A stretch of 64,000 bases of DNA. Source: Callorhinchus milii (taxonomy: Eukaryota). The DNA lies in the NCBI RefSeq assembly GCF_018977255.1, contig NW_024704743.1:116128001-116192000 (forward strand), in the 5' to 3' direction. Positions 50,889 to 63,244 of this stretch are shown piece after piece (positions within the stretch are counted from its first letter, which is position 1; each line of letters starts with the position of its first letter). The notes beneath the pieces were generated by a model. It did not search any database and was not told the DNA's origin. It was given only the letters and a program-made list of their open reading frames with translations. The translations under genes were made by a program, and so were the position numbers.

Positions 50889-51004
50889 CTCACTTACTCA
50901 CTCACTCATTTTACTCACTCGCTCACTCACTCACTCACTCACTCACTCACTCACTCACTCACTCACTCACTCACTCACTCACTCACTCACTCACTCACTC
51001 ACTC
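50889..51004. repeat. (CTCA)n tetranucleotide microsatellite
   Basis: Direct inspection. Confidence 0.95.
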
Positions 51005-51444
51005 AGTTACTCCCTAATTCACTGTCTCTGGGCTCAGATCACAAGGTTCAGATTTTCAGATAAAGAAGTCCCTTCGCTACACTAAGTCCTTCGCTTTGCT
51101 GTCATTTTACTAGAACAATTGTTTGACATGTTTTGCATCCACTGCTGTGGCCTGAGGAAAGTGTCCCCCTCAGAGAAGCTATCAAAGCGCTCCTGGTAAC
51201 CTCAGTGTCCTCTGAGAGAGAATGAAAATAGGATAATACAGTCAGGGACAATTCTTTCATGATCATTTGATGTTCCAGAGAATAGTGAGGGTGTCACTGT
51301 TTAAATATGGTAAATGTGAACAGAGATCCCAGGCGTAGCTGGTCCCTTTGTTATCGTTTCCCTATCTCTGTTTAGCATGGAGTGGGGGAGGGAAATAACA
51401 CAAGGCTGACCTTTGTGTCTTCAAATTATCAAATGATAAAGAGA

Positions 51445-51620
51445 TAATAATAATCCTTGCATTTGATATAGCACCTTATCGTGTCTTCGGGACGTCTCAA
51501 AGCGCTTCACAGAATATACTGTATATTCTGTGAACGAAACGCGGCAGTCAATTGCTCACAACAGTGTCCCATAAACAGTCGTGGATTAAGTGACCAATTT
51601 ATGATTGTTATCTTTTTTTT
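51445..51620 (-). mobile_element. SINE 3' half
   Basis: aataatccttgcatttgatatagc...gtgaccaattt. Confidence 0.8.
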
Positions 51621-51670
51621 ATTGTTTATTTATTTATATATTTATCCATTCATTCATTCATTCATTCATT

Positions 51671-51977
51671 TGGAGTCCTGTAGCTCAGTGGTTAGAGCAC
51701 TCGCTTTGCAAGCAAGAGACCTGAGTTCAATTCCAGGCACAGGGCGAAACCTTGGGCAAGTTTCCTTACTCCACACACCTAATAATAATCCCTCCAAAAC
51801 CAAAAACAATAATAAAATTGGTCTACGACTGTGGGACATTGCTGTGCGCAATTGGCTGCCGCGTTCACCCACAAATATACAGTCAATTTACTTTACAGTG
51901 TGTTCTGTGAAGCGCTTTGGGACGTCCTCCCGACGTGAAAAGCGCTATATCAAATGCAAGGATTATTATTATTATTA
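51671..51977 (+). mobile_element. tRNA-Ala-headed SINE, young short subfamily
   Basis: Near-identical to 14606-14936 with a small internal deletion. Confidence 0.9.
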
Positions 51978-52242
51978 TTCATTCTGAGGTCTGAATGGAT
52001 GAGGATAGGAGGGGTTTGGTTTTACTGGGTTGCAGAATATAGCAAAACTAGGAATAATAATAATCATCATCATCCTTACATTTGGTACAGTGCCTTCCAG
52101 GGAAGATTGTCTCAAACAGGGAGGGCTGTCTCAAAGCTCCTCATAGCAAGGTATACTGTAAAGTCCAGCGACTGCGTATTGTGGTTAAACACGCCAGCCT
52201 ACCTGCGCACAGCAATATCCCGATAAACATCCAAACAGGGAT

Positions 52243-53325
52243 AACAACAACAAAATTACATTTATATAGCGCCTTTCACGAAGCTGGGCAGACAGAGTTA
52301 CGGACCCGAGCTGAGGGTCGGGATGGGGGAGGGTGGAGGGCAGATGGGAAAGCAGGAAGATCGAAAGCAAGGTCGAAGAGGAGGGGCTTCAGGTGGTCTT
52401 GAAGGTGGCAAGGGAGGGGGCGAGGCGGAGGGATTGCGGGATGGAGTTTCAAAGGGTGGGTGCAAAGTGGCGGAAGGCCCAGCCGCCAATAGTGGGACGA
52501 GCAAGGCAGGGGACGTGAAGCAGGCCAGAGGCCGCTGAGCCGAGGGAGCGAACAGGGTGGTAGGGAGTTAGGAGATTGGAGTGGTAGTGGGGAACAAGAC
52601 CACGCAGGGCTTTGAAGGTGATGACCAGGATCTTGAACTGTATCCTCTGTGAGTTGGGCAAGGATGGGGTTGATAGGGTCACAGAGCCTAGTGCAGGAGA
52701 GGACACGGGCTCAGATTTCTTAATGATTTGCAGCCTGTGGAGGGAAGAGTTGGGGAGGCCGACAAGCAGTGAGTTTGCGTGGTCAAACCTCGATGCGATG
52801 AAGGCATGTATAAGGGTTTCGGCCCTGTGGTGTGAGACAGTGGTGGAGCCGGGCAATGTTGTGGAGGTGGGGGAAGGCAGAGCGGGTCATGGTGCAGATG
52901 TAGGGTACAAAGGATAGTTGAGGGTCAAACAAGACCCCAAGGTTCCGGACTGGCTTATAGCAAGGTGGAGTATGCAACCATGGATGGTGATGCTGTCAGC
53001 TCCTGAGGTGAGAACGCGCTGACGGGAGCTAATCAGGAAGAACTCAGTCTTGTTGACTTTCAACTGAAGAAAGTTAGCTCTCATCCAGGACTTGATGTCT
53101 GACAAACATTCTGTCAGGACAGCAGTGGTCCTCGAGTCAAGTGTGGAGGCAGAGAGGTAGAGTTGGGTGTCATCCGCATACATGTGGAAGTTGACCTCAT
53201 GTCTGCGGGTGATGTCACCAAGAGGGGGCATATAGATATTGAAGAGGAGGGGAACAAGGACAGAGCCCTGAGGAACGCCACACAAGATGGTCCGGGTGCT
53301 AGAGGAGAAGCCGTTTGAGGAGATG
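52243..53325 (-). mobile_element. L2-clade LINE, 5'-truncated and frameshifted: RT C-terminal half plus 3' UTR
   Basis: GVPQGSVL.PLLFNIY and HMYADDTQLY RT motifs; RNLGVLFD; AETLIHAFI.SR.D..NSLL.GLP; (TTG)n tail. Confidence 0.93.
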
Positions 53326-53812
53326 TATAGTGAACACTTATATGTGCACTTATATAGTGCCCTCCATGCAGGTAGAGTCTCAGAGTGCTTAAATCCGTGA
53401 GATATCTGTGTGAAGGAAAAACACTGGGAAATGAAGTTCCGAGATGAAAGCTATTGTTTTTCTCTGACTGAAAGTTGCAGTTGAAGAGGCCTCTGGCTGT
53501 CATTGGAGCTGTGCCAGGAATCACCGCAGTACCTTTTACACATCAAGTGATAGAAAGTGATTAGAAATTAAAGGAGCAGACCGTTCAGTGTAAAACAAAT
53601 GCAGCAGAAGAATAAAGCGCATATTTATAGGACTTATCACGTTGAAACAGCTTGGAAGCACAATAATTCTTGTCAAGCCTAGCATAGGCAAACGCAGCAG
53701 CCATTTTGCACCCAGCAAGTTCCCATAAACACAGAAGGGAATAATAATAATCATTACATTTGATATCATGCCTTATCATGTCGTTGAGACAGCTCAAAGC
53801 GCTTCACAGGAT

Positions 53813-54175
53813 AATAATAATAATCATTGCATTTGATATTGCGCCTTATCACGTTTTCAAAATGTTTCAAAGCACTTCACAGAATATACTGTAAAGTGAA
53901 TTGACTTTATACTTGTGGGTGAAACGCGGCAGCCAAATGTGCACAGCAGTGTCCCACAAATAGTCGTGGATTGAAGTGACCAATTTATTATTATTATTTT
54001 TTGAAGGAATTATTACCCCCGGAAAAGCAATCTGCCAAACAACCGGATTCCTACTTACTGCTAGGTAAACAGAAGTGTGTGAAGTAAGGAAACTTGCCCA
54101 ACATTTCAACCTGCCAGGAATCAAACCCAGGTCACTTGCGAGGCGAATGCTATAACCACTGAGCTACAGGACTCT
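53813..54175 (-). mobile_element. Long-subfamily SINE nested in an older Deu-type SINE (~53740-54410)
   Basis: Flanked by acaggat at 53806-53812 and 54176-54182 (candidate target-site duplication); host continues on both sides. Confidence 0.85.
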
Positions 54176-54620
54176 ACAGGATCCTCTGTAAAGTAGTGTG
54201 ACCATATGTATTTTGTGGGAGAACAAAGCAGATACCATATGCTAATAGATGTCCCACAACAGCCATGTAGTGAGTGACTAATTGTATCTGGGTGATTGTT
54301 AGCCTGGACACCAGGAGAAACTCCCTTTTTGTTTTGAATAGTGCTATGAGATCTTTATCTTCCACCGGGACAGGCAGATGAGGCCTTGACAAAGTCTGAA
54401 CGGAAGGACTGTAACCTCTGATTGTAACCTTTGTATCCTTCCCCTCTCGTCTCCCCCCTACCCCTACACCACCACCCCTCCACCACCACCAACTTGTAAA
54501 GCCCTTTGAGACGTCCTCCCGAAGTGAAAGGCACTGTATCGATGTAAATCATATGGTGTTTGTAAGAGAGTAAAGTCTGTCCAGACTATGACTCGTGTTC
54601 TGCCCCCCCTTCTCTCTCAG

Positions 54621-54891
54621 CGCCTACCAGGTCATCGTAGAGGAAGAGCGGCAACGCAGATTCAAGAAAATGTCTGATGCCACCTGCTACCAGGTCCCCA
54701 TTACCTACCAGAACGCCTCCAGTGGAAACTTCCCTCATTACTTTGCGGCAGAGTTTCCCCCGAGCGCTCTTCAGGAATCCCACCCTTTCACCGTGGGCGA
54801 CAACAAGACCTACAGAGGCTACTGGAACGCTCCACTCCTCCCTCACAAGAGCTACAGCATCTACTTCCAGGCTGTGAGCCGAGCAAACGGG
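54621..54891 (+). CDS. PTPRM: PTPRM membrane-proximal FN3 exon containing the furin-type site RQRR
   Basis: tctctctcag acceptor, GGG|gtaagt donor, 271 nt, phase 2 to 0; AYQVIVEEERQRR...PFTVGDNKTY.GYWN.PL...SRANG. Confidence 0.96.
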
Positions 54892-55204
54892 GTAAGTGTG
54901 GCTCCCATTTGCACTGCCTGCTTTTATTGCTTCAGAGGCCTGAAATCCCTTTGTGGGACGACTGAGCCTCAAGGCTACTGCGTTACAAAGGATTTATGAA
55001 TGTGCAGGATATTTTTTTGAAAAATGTTTTGAACTCTGTCTCAAATTTCATAGCTCAAAAGTAAAAGAAGCCCCACGGCAACATTCAAAATTCGCAGAGT
55101 GAAAGATTGTGCATAAACTTGGAGGAATGATGATGTTAGTTGGAAGCCAGTGTCATGAAGTTTGTCATGTGTTACCACTGAGTTACATGTTATTCCATGT
55201 TAGG

Positions 55205-55450
55205 TGAGTCCTGTAGTGTATTGGTTGGAGCACTCACCTCGCAAGTGAAAGACCTGGGTTCGATTCCCAGGCAAGGCGAAACGTTACGCAAATTTCCTCG
55301 GTCCACACGGCTCTATTTACCTAGCAGTAAGTAGAAACACAGTTGCTAGTCGATTGGGGGATCACTTTACAGTATATTCTGTGAAGCTCTTCGCGACATC
55401 TCAACGATGTGATAAGGCGCTATATCAAATGCAAGAATTATTATTATTAT
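55205..55450 (+). mobile_element. Long-subfamily SINE with internal deletion
   Basis: Head and central block joined directly to tcactttacagtatattctgtgaag tail. Confidence 0.8.
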
Positions 55451-56779
55451 TCCCTCCCCTACTCCTCCGTCCCACCATCTGTCATTAAATCCAGTTGCAG
55501 AAACCCGCCTTTTCGACCATGCCTACGGTCACCTCCCCCTCGCTCCCCCTTTCTCCCTTGCTCAGTGTCCGACCCCTGTCTTTGTGAAGTGCTTCTGAGA
55601 CTTGAAACACAGGACCCGACGTGAAAAGCGCTATACAAATGTAATCTTGTTGTTGTTGATAATCCTATACGAAGTGTGTATGTTGTTGTTGTAAATCCAA
55701 GTTGTTGTTGACTTAACACAACATTCCCCACGTCAGCTGCCAATCACCGTGCAGTTGAAAATAAAAACCTTTCGAGGAAATATCCTGCTTCACATTAAGT
55801 GCAGACTTTTCCTCTTTTCTCCCTTTATCAGTAAAGTAAATATACCTTCAGAAGTAGTGCAAACTTGAAAGTAATTGCCTGTCAGGAATTAGGAGATCGA
55901 AAGAGACTCAGAAGGGAAGCAATGTTCTTTTTGATGTGGTTTGTGTGTATGTCTCTCTCTCTCGCTTTGTCTAAATCCTCCAGAGTTCCTACCTTTAGGA
56001 GCTGATTAAATTACCCATTTTAATAATCCTGGTGGTAAGGTTAATTCACATTTATAATTTGCAGTTCTTGTGGGTGGGTTTTGTTTTAAACACCTTCCGA
56101 TAACACTGATCTGCCTCGCTGCTCTTTCCCCTCAGTACCTGCTGTGCTCAGTGCCGGGTTGGGAAACGTTGCCAACTTTGCCTGCAGCAGATCAGCGGAA
56201 TGACAGGAGCTTGTTTCGGCAAGGCCTTTTGTCGTTGTTGTTGGGAACATGAGGAGGCCAACAACATCAACAGACTGTTCCCCGCTGTTTAATTAGATGG
56301 TGTTAAAATATTTCAGACCCTGCCTTTTCCCATGTTAACCGGCAGCAGGTGTTAAACTTGTTCTCTTCTCAAAAAGAAGTAAGCTGGTAAGTGCTAGGTG
56401 ATCTCCACTACTGACAACTTAATAAAAACGCAATGCTCTTGAGGGTTGCAGAATCGATTGGCTTATCCCACATTCCTCAGCCCAATTCCCACCAGATCCC
56501 GCTGCCACAGTTGTGAGGTGAAAGGCTAATTGTATCTTGAGGTTTGTCGGCCGGGAACTCCCTTCTCTTTTCAAATAGATTCATGGGCTCTATAGCCCAT
56601 GGGGTCAGGCAGATGTCCAGTGACCCCCTGGTTTAACGTCGCAACCAAAGGACGGCATCTCTGACACAGGATTTTAACCCAAAATCTTCAGTTCCAGAGG
56701 CAGACGGACAGGCCACCAACTAAACTAGGCTGGCACTGGGAGACCACAGTCACTAAATTACCCATTGTAATAATCTCTT

Positions 56780-57160
56780 GGGGAGTCCTGTAGAGTTTTA
56801 GTTAGAGTGCACCCCTCGCAAGTAAGAGGATCCGGGTTCGATTCCTGGGCAGAGCAAAACATTAGGCAAGTCTTCTTATTCCAATAGCCTCTTGTTTACT
56901 TAGCAGTATGTAGGAACCCGGTTGTTAATCAATCGGCGGATTGCTTTCCGTGGGTAATAATCCCTCCCAAAATAAATTGGGTCACTTAATCCATAACTGT
57001 CTGGAGGACACTGCTGTGCGCAATTGGCTGCCGTGCTTCGCCCACACAATGCACAGTCAATCCACTTTACAGTATATTCTGTGAAGCATTTTGAGACATC
57101 TCTAATCATGTGATAAGGCGCTATATCAATTGCAATAATTTTTACTTATTATTATTATTA
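56780..57160 (+). mobile_element. Diverged long-subfamily SINE
   Basis: Head with GGTTCGATTCC B box, central block, tail. Confidence 0.82.
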
Positions 57161-57684
57161 AACCAGTCGGAGGTGCCGCACTCAATCCCCAACGACTCTC
57201 CTGTGAGTCTGTGAGTATCCCGCACAGACAGATGATAGACTGAGCAACAGAGGTTCAGTGACAGGCTGCAGATGTTCCTGCCAGCTACCCTTTTTACACT
57301 GCATTGACAATGCCAAACCCCAGAGCAGCATTGATTTTATTTTAAATTGTCAGATATGATGTTGAAGTCTTTCCTCCACAGCGCTCACTGTCAGCAAGTC
57401 GCTGCTCGAGACGGCTGTTCACTGCCTTGCTCAATTAATCTCTTTGGCTGTACAGATAAATGTTAACTGAAGTATTTATCTGAAATGCCAAGTGCATTTC
57501 ATTTCCAATTGTCAAAAGCCAAGTGAGATGCGCCAGGTCCCTGTTTGTGGGGACATGTGTTTCCACTCCTCTTATGAGTCAATCTTTACGGTGGAGTTTA
57601 AATAAAATTGGCAATGATGTTACGTTTGTTTTTGCTCCGGGACCAGAAATGACATTCATTTTTGTTTCTTTCCTCTTAACACAG

Positions 57685-57721
57685 GAGACCAAAATTGACT
57701 GCGTCCGGGTGGCCACCAAAG
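57685..57721 (+). CDS. PTPRM: PTPRM 37-nt exon (ETKIDCVRVATK)
   Basis: Long pyrimidine tract then acacag; AAG|gtacgg donor; phase 0 to 1; continues the frame of the previous exon. Confidence 0.93.
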
Positions 57722-59133
57722 GTACGGCTGATTTCTGCCCTCTTCCCTCACTGCCTCGTAATGCTGTCATGAGTGACCAACCCCTTTGTCTGTGTCAAAT
57801 CAAGTCAGATCCATCTCATCCAGGGGGTGGTTAGAAAGGTTTGCTCTGTCATGCCACAAGCTGTGCCCAGACTCGATCGAAGTGCGTGAGCAAAATCAGT
57901 CGCATTTGCCCTGTACTCGGCAGCTACCCCACTCCGCTCACTAGGGCTTTGTGATGGTCACCCGTGTCTAGGGCAAGACTCACTAATGCTTTCTTTGGTC
58001 AGGCGGGTGTCTGACACATTCGGAAACCCGTCACCATGATTAAGAGTATTGAAACCAGACTGAGAGTTCCACATATATCTGTGTCGCCTACACGTAGAAA
58101 TTTCCCTGAAATGCGCATGTATGTACCCTACTCACTTAATTCAGGAGAATGTAAGACGCAGATTGGCAAGATCCAAGGCTTGGGGTCCCCAGAGTCTGTC
58201 TCACCAGCTAAAACTGCATAGCTTGTCATTAACTGCCCAACCCTTGAGGACTTTGCAAGGTTAACAAGAGGTGAGTAGGAAAAATCACCGCCCTTCAAAT
58301 CCCAGATAAACTCGTCCACTAATTATCCAAAGAGGAGTTCCTCTTCCCCCCAATCCATCTTGCCCAATTCCTCTCCCCATTCCCCTATCCTCTCCACTGC
58401 CCCAGTCTTTTCCCTATTATCCACTTTCCCTCAATCTTTCCTCCATTCCTCTGCCTATTCCATCTATTCCTTCTCCAAATTTCCCCATTCCTCCCCCCAT
58501 TTCCTCCTCTCGATCACAATTCCTACCAGCTGGTCAGTGTGCGGCGATGTTCCTGTTTACCTGGTGGCTCTGCTTCACCCAGACTTACAAAGGAGTAATA
58601 CTCGTGTGACTTTATTGACCCTCGAAGGATTGCTGTGCAGTTTAAAGCAATCCTATCCTTTCTCGGTTCCAAAGCGATTTGGTTGGAAAGGTGACATCAG
58701 GTGATTGGCAAACGCTGCTTATTTTCCAACATGGCATCTCCCCACTCCCCCTCCTTGTGTTGACGATGATAAGAGTTGACTTTTGTTTAATGACTGTCTT
58801 TCCTCTGTGATTGGCACTTGCTTGTGATTTCCGTCATGTGGCAAAATCACTCCAAAAATGCTTTTTAAACCAAGGTGATTAATAAGGAAATTGTGCCCAT
58901 TAACAATTCCTTATCGTATTTGAAGTGTCTCGAGTTGGGGGGTTAGTAGGGAAACTTGGATACCACAAGAAATTCCCTTCTCTTTTCCATTTGTGTGGTG
59001 GGATCTCCAAAATCAATGATAACAGACAGGTGGGAACTTGGTTTACCATCCCATCTGAAAGACAGCACCCCCAGTAATGCAGTATAACCCTGTCCTCTCC
59101 TCTCCTCTCCCATCTCCTATTCCCCTCCATCCA

Positions 59134-59418
59134 GTGGAGTCCTGTAGCTCAGTGGTTAGAGCACTCGCTTTGCAAGCGAGAGACCTGAGTTCAATTCCAG
59201 GCAGGGCGAAACCTTGGGCAAGTTTCCTTACTCCACACGCCTAATAATAACAATAATAAATTGGTCATTTTCAATCTATGACTGTTTGTGTGACATTGCT
59301 GTGCGCAATTGACTGCCACGTTCGCCCACAAATATACAGTCAATTCACTTTACAGTGTGTTCTGTGAAGCACTTTGGGACGTCCCCCCGACGTGAAAAGC
59401 GCTACATCAAATGCAAGG

Positions 59419-59450
<32 letters not shown>
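59134..59450 (+). mobile_element. tRNA-Ala-headed SINE, young short subfamily
   Basis: Head identical to the 14606 copy; long (TTA)n tail. Confidence 0.9.
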
Positions 59451-59974
59451 CCCCATTCCTTGATCCATGCTGTCAGAGTTGCAGAATCAATTGCCCTAAT
59501 TAATACTGGGTTGAATCAAATGAGCACTTTTTTCAACTCTCTAAACTATTTTTTGTCAAAGTAAGAGTAACGCACATTTTTTAAAAAAAATTCACACACA
59601 CACACAAACAAATATATACACACACACACATCCAATACACTTTCTGAAGATAATGGATTTCTGGCACAAACCTGCGTGAAGTGCTAGAGATTGTTTGAGA
59701 GCTGCCTGATTTTAAAGGTTTGTATTGAGGTGTCCGGCCGCTGTAACAATGGGGTGTCTGAGCTCACTGGGCTCCCGGCCTGATGGGGGTGGTTTTGGAT
59801 TGTGGGGACGTTAGACGTTGCGATGCTGAAAAACAGCAGGTTTGCCTCCTGAGCTATCAATCACAGCGTAACATTAATATTGGCAGCAATCGTGAGCTAG
59901 TTGCTTGCTTGGAGCAACAGTCCTCCCAGCAGAAGGGAGCTGGTATAAGGCAAGTTCCTTTACTAGGAGATAAG

Positions 59975-60130
59975 AATGTGTGTGTATCTTTGTGCATGCA
60001 TGCGTATGTGTACGTTTACATGTGTGTATATGTTTGTGTTTGTATGTGTATGGTACCTGCATATTTGTGTGTTTGAATGGGTACATATGTGTGTGTACAT
60101 GCATGTGTATATGTGTGTGTGTGTGTGTAT
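59975..60130. repeat. Degenerate (TG)n/(TATG)n tract
   Basis: Direct inspection. Confidence 0.85.
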
Positions 60131-60537
60131 AGCCTGACAGCACTCACTGACTAGACTCACACATGAAGAATGCTCACAAGCCAACGCTCAGCCTGTACTG
60201 AACTACCCCTCAGGAGAGTTGGGGCAAAAATGTGAAACTCTTGGGGGAAAAAAAAGTAATTAATTTGTTTTTATTGCCTTCAGGAATGGTGGATGCAGTC
60301 CCTTATGGCTTAATACGTTGCCTCAGTAGTTTGCATTCATTCTGTGTCCGAAACAACACGAGTTATTAACAAACACTGTGGTACTTCATTGCAGTTATTG
60401 TATTTAATGTTCACTTTCTTAACAGGTAGCTAAATGGTGTTGAAGTGCGGAGCGATAAAATAATTCTTGTTGCTAATCTAGCTTCAGTCCGGCTTCTTTC
60501 TCATGCATGCTGACCTGGAAATCTTCCTTTGCCTTAG

Positions 60538-60612
60538 CTGCAATAATCGTGACTCAGCTTACAACACCATACATACGCATCGTCCCCGCTGCAGGCGACA
60601 ACCAACTAACAG
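60538..60612 (+). CDS. PTPRM: Probable alternatively spliced 75-nt PTPRM cassette exon (AAIIVTQLTTPYIRIVPAAGDNQLT)
   Basis: ctttgccttag acceptor, CAG|gtcaga donor, symmetric phase 1-1, open frame. The peptide resembles an insert I recall following VATK in some vertebrate PTPRM isoforms. Confidence 0.8.
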
Positions 60613-60637
60613 GTCAGACGTTCAAGTACAGACATGC

Positions 60638-60709
60638 CCATCTCTTCACCACCTGTTTTTTCACTCGTTTCTGTCTCCTCACTTCATTCACTTCTGGTTG
60701 CTCCCTCAC
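60638..60709 (+). promoter_or_regulatory. Candidate NOVA-binding YCAY cluster (intronic splicing element)
   Basis: Eight YCAY tetramers in 72 nt, starting 26 nt after the cassette exon donor. Confidence 0.6.
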
Positions 60710-61581
60710 GTCCAACTGATTTTGTTCTGACACCCCTCTCTCTTTTCCTTTGCCCCAGTTCCCCTCCTCCTTCCCTGCCCCCTTCTCTTTCCCCTCCCCC
60801 TTCCCTCCCAACCCAACACTTAGCTGATGTTTTACGTAGTGTGAAATGCTTGTGACTAACCCATGCACTTAACGCTCCATCGCATGCTTGCATTCACGTT
60901 GCATTTTGTATGTGAAGGGTTCTTTCGGCTAACTATGCCTTACCTTAGACAAGAGGTCTAACATTTTTTATGGTCTTAGTGTTAAAAGCTTTACCTTAAA
61001 GTTTAGGATTGTGATAGAATTTTAGAAAATTGCTCAACTCAGTTTTGATTTTGGGACTTCCAAATCAAGACCGAATTTTACGAATTTTCCACAATTCTGC
61101 ATAGCCTTAAATTTCTAGACAATGGTCTTCAAACTAAGACCGTAAAGAGGATTTCTGAGTGACTTTTGCCTGGTGACTGGGTAGAGAGTTACTGTCTTGG
61201 TTTGTGTGTTAGATGTTTGGTGTTAACTATCCAATTGGGAAACATTTATCTTTTTAAAGTACAACCCACTCTGGCCTTTTGAGCACTTGGTGAACCTCTT
61301 ATTCCAAACCAGAGCCAAATAGAGAAGTCTTGGATGTATTAAAACAGGGAAAGAAATCACTTGGGTCTGAGTTAAAGTTGAAACGGAAATCTACATTTAT
61401 ACACCCCGCTTGGTGGGACTGAGGGGTTCTTAGCCAGACTGCTGATCGCAGGCGGCAGATGGGCAACTGGCAATGATTACGTGGCAACTCTCGGGTAATG
61501 GGCAGGTGGGTGGGGGTCAAAGGGAAATTCACCATGTGTTTGTGGTGCCAAATGCTAAACCTGGAGAAGCCAGATTTGCAG

Positions 61582-61730
61582 ATCATAGAATCATATCATT
61601 GAATTATACAGCACAGAAGGAGACCATTCGGCCTATTATGTCTGTGCCGTCTCTTTGAAAAGAGCTATCCAAATCAATCCCACTCCCCCGCTCTCTCCCC
61701 ATAGCCTTGCAAACTTGTCCTCCCCAAGAT
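61582..61730 (-). mobile_element. CR1-type 3' end
   Basis: atcatagaatc...cagcacagaaggagaccattcggcc...; related to 39545-39700. Confidence 0.7.
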
Positions 61731-62344
61731 GTGACCACTTCACTTAGGAACAAGGCTTCAGCAAAACAAACCCAGAGACTAATGTTTGCATCTGTTAGTC
61801 AGTGTTAGCTGGTTAGTTAGTTATGTCTGTTAGACAATGTTAGTGTCCTTTAATGTAGAGATATTGGGATAAAGATTGTGGCGTTTACAGAGTACCTCGG
61901 GTGTTGACTTTTTCCCACTGGGTGGCATGCAGCTGGCTCTGAAAAGGAAGAAACCACTTACCAGGAACTTACCAGGAGCTTCTCAGGAGATAGGGTTGCT
62001 AGTCTTGAAACATTGAGGCTTCACCCCTTTAAATTAGATATCAACTCCAAAGGTAACACGCTAAAATGAATACATCAAGATGTTTCTTTTATTAAAACTC
62101 TATGGCAATTGCGATTCTCTTTACATCACGTAGACTGAACTACTTTTGTATTTTACTTTTGTACTACATTACAACAGAGACTTAGAGGCTCAACTCCATC
62201 CTTGGGGCCTGATGTAAAATGAAGCAGAGTTTTACGCTTTGTGCAACACAAACCAAATGCATTTTAATGCTCTATGGTGTCACTTATGATTTATTGCCCT
62301 ATTTCTTTGCCTTGGTGTATTGGTAAGATAAATCAGTCACTTTA

Positions 62345-62778
62345 GCCATGCCTGCCCGTACCCTCCGTTCCTCTGGCTCTGGTCTGCTCCACGTCCCCCG
62401 CCCCAACCGCCCTACCATCGGTGGTCGGGCCTTCAGCCATCCCCCAGTGCCTTCGCCTTGCTTCCTCCCTTTCCTCCTTCAAGGCCGGTCTCAAAACCTT
62501 TCTCTTTGACCGTGCCTTCAGCTCCCCTCTCGACTCTCTTCCCCCTCCTCGCTCCCTCCCTTCCCCCCTCACCCTGACCATTTCCCCCCTCCTTGCTCCC
62601 TCCCTTCCCTCACCCTGACCATTTCCCCCCTCCTCGCTCCCTCCCATCCCTCCCCTCACCCTGACCATTTCCCCCTGCTCGGGTCATGACCCAACTGTGC
62701 AGCGCCTTGGGACGTCCTCCTGACGTGAAAGGCGCTTTATAAATGGAATCTTGTTGTTGTTGTTGTTGTTGTTGTTGT
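62345..62778 (+). mobile_element. L2 LINE 3' end with a ~40-bp C-rich unit repeated about three times in the UTR
   Basis: SSFKAGLKTFLFDRAF; ctcaccctgaccatttcccc x3; long (TTG)n tail. Confidence 0.87.
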
Positions 62779-63244
62779 CCAAGCTTCAGCAAAGCAACAT
62801 AGTCCCTTTAAACAGCCTCGGCACCATACCCTGTGTGCGAGTGTTTCACATTACTGTATTGAAATAGACAACCAGTAATTTCACTTTACCTTATCCACAT
62901 TATAACTTAAACAATAAGACGAATGAGGGTCTATTTTTCAGCAAATTCAATATGTATCACTCACAATGGGTGAATTTAGGCCCGTCTCTCTCCCCCACCT
63001 CCTGTGATTTTGGTTGGTTAAATCCATTGCTTCAGGGAAGTTATCATTGAGAACGGTGTCAATTGGGAAAGTGGGGCATTGTCCACCTCAAGCACATTTG
63101 ATGTGATTGACAATGGAACGCACCTCTGTCTTAACCCCATTAACCCAGGCCTCGATATGAAGAAGTTAAACCATCACATAATGACAAATTTCCTTTTTGC
63201 CTTTTGTGTAAATGGTGCTGCTCTTTGTTAGAAACAGTACAATA

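Noticed and set aside
52887..53285. Stand-alone reverse transcriptase of a novel system
   Set aside because: Truncated, frameshifted L2 ORF2 with an ordinary L2 tail.
29956..60612. PTPRM pseudogene, or a PTPRT/PTPRK assignment
   Set aside because: Only one lesion, in a homopolymer, with all splice sites intact; diagnostic residues favour PTPRM.
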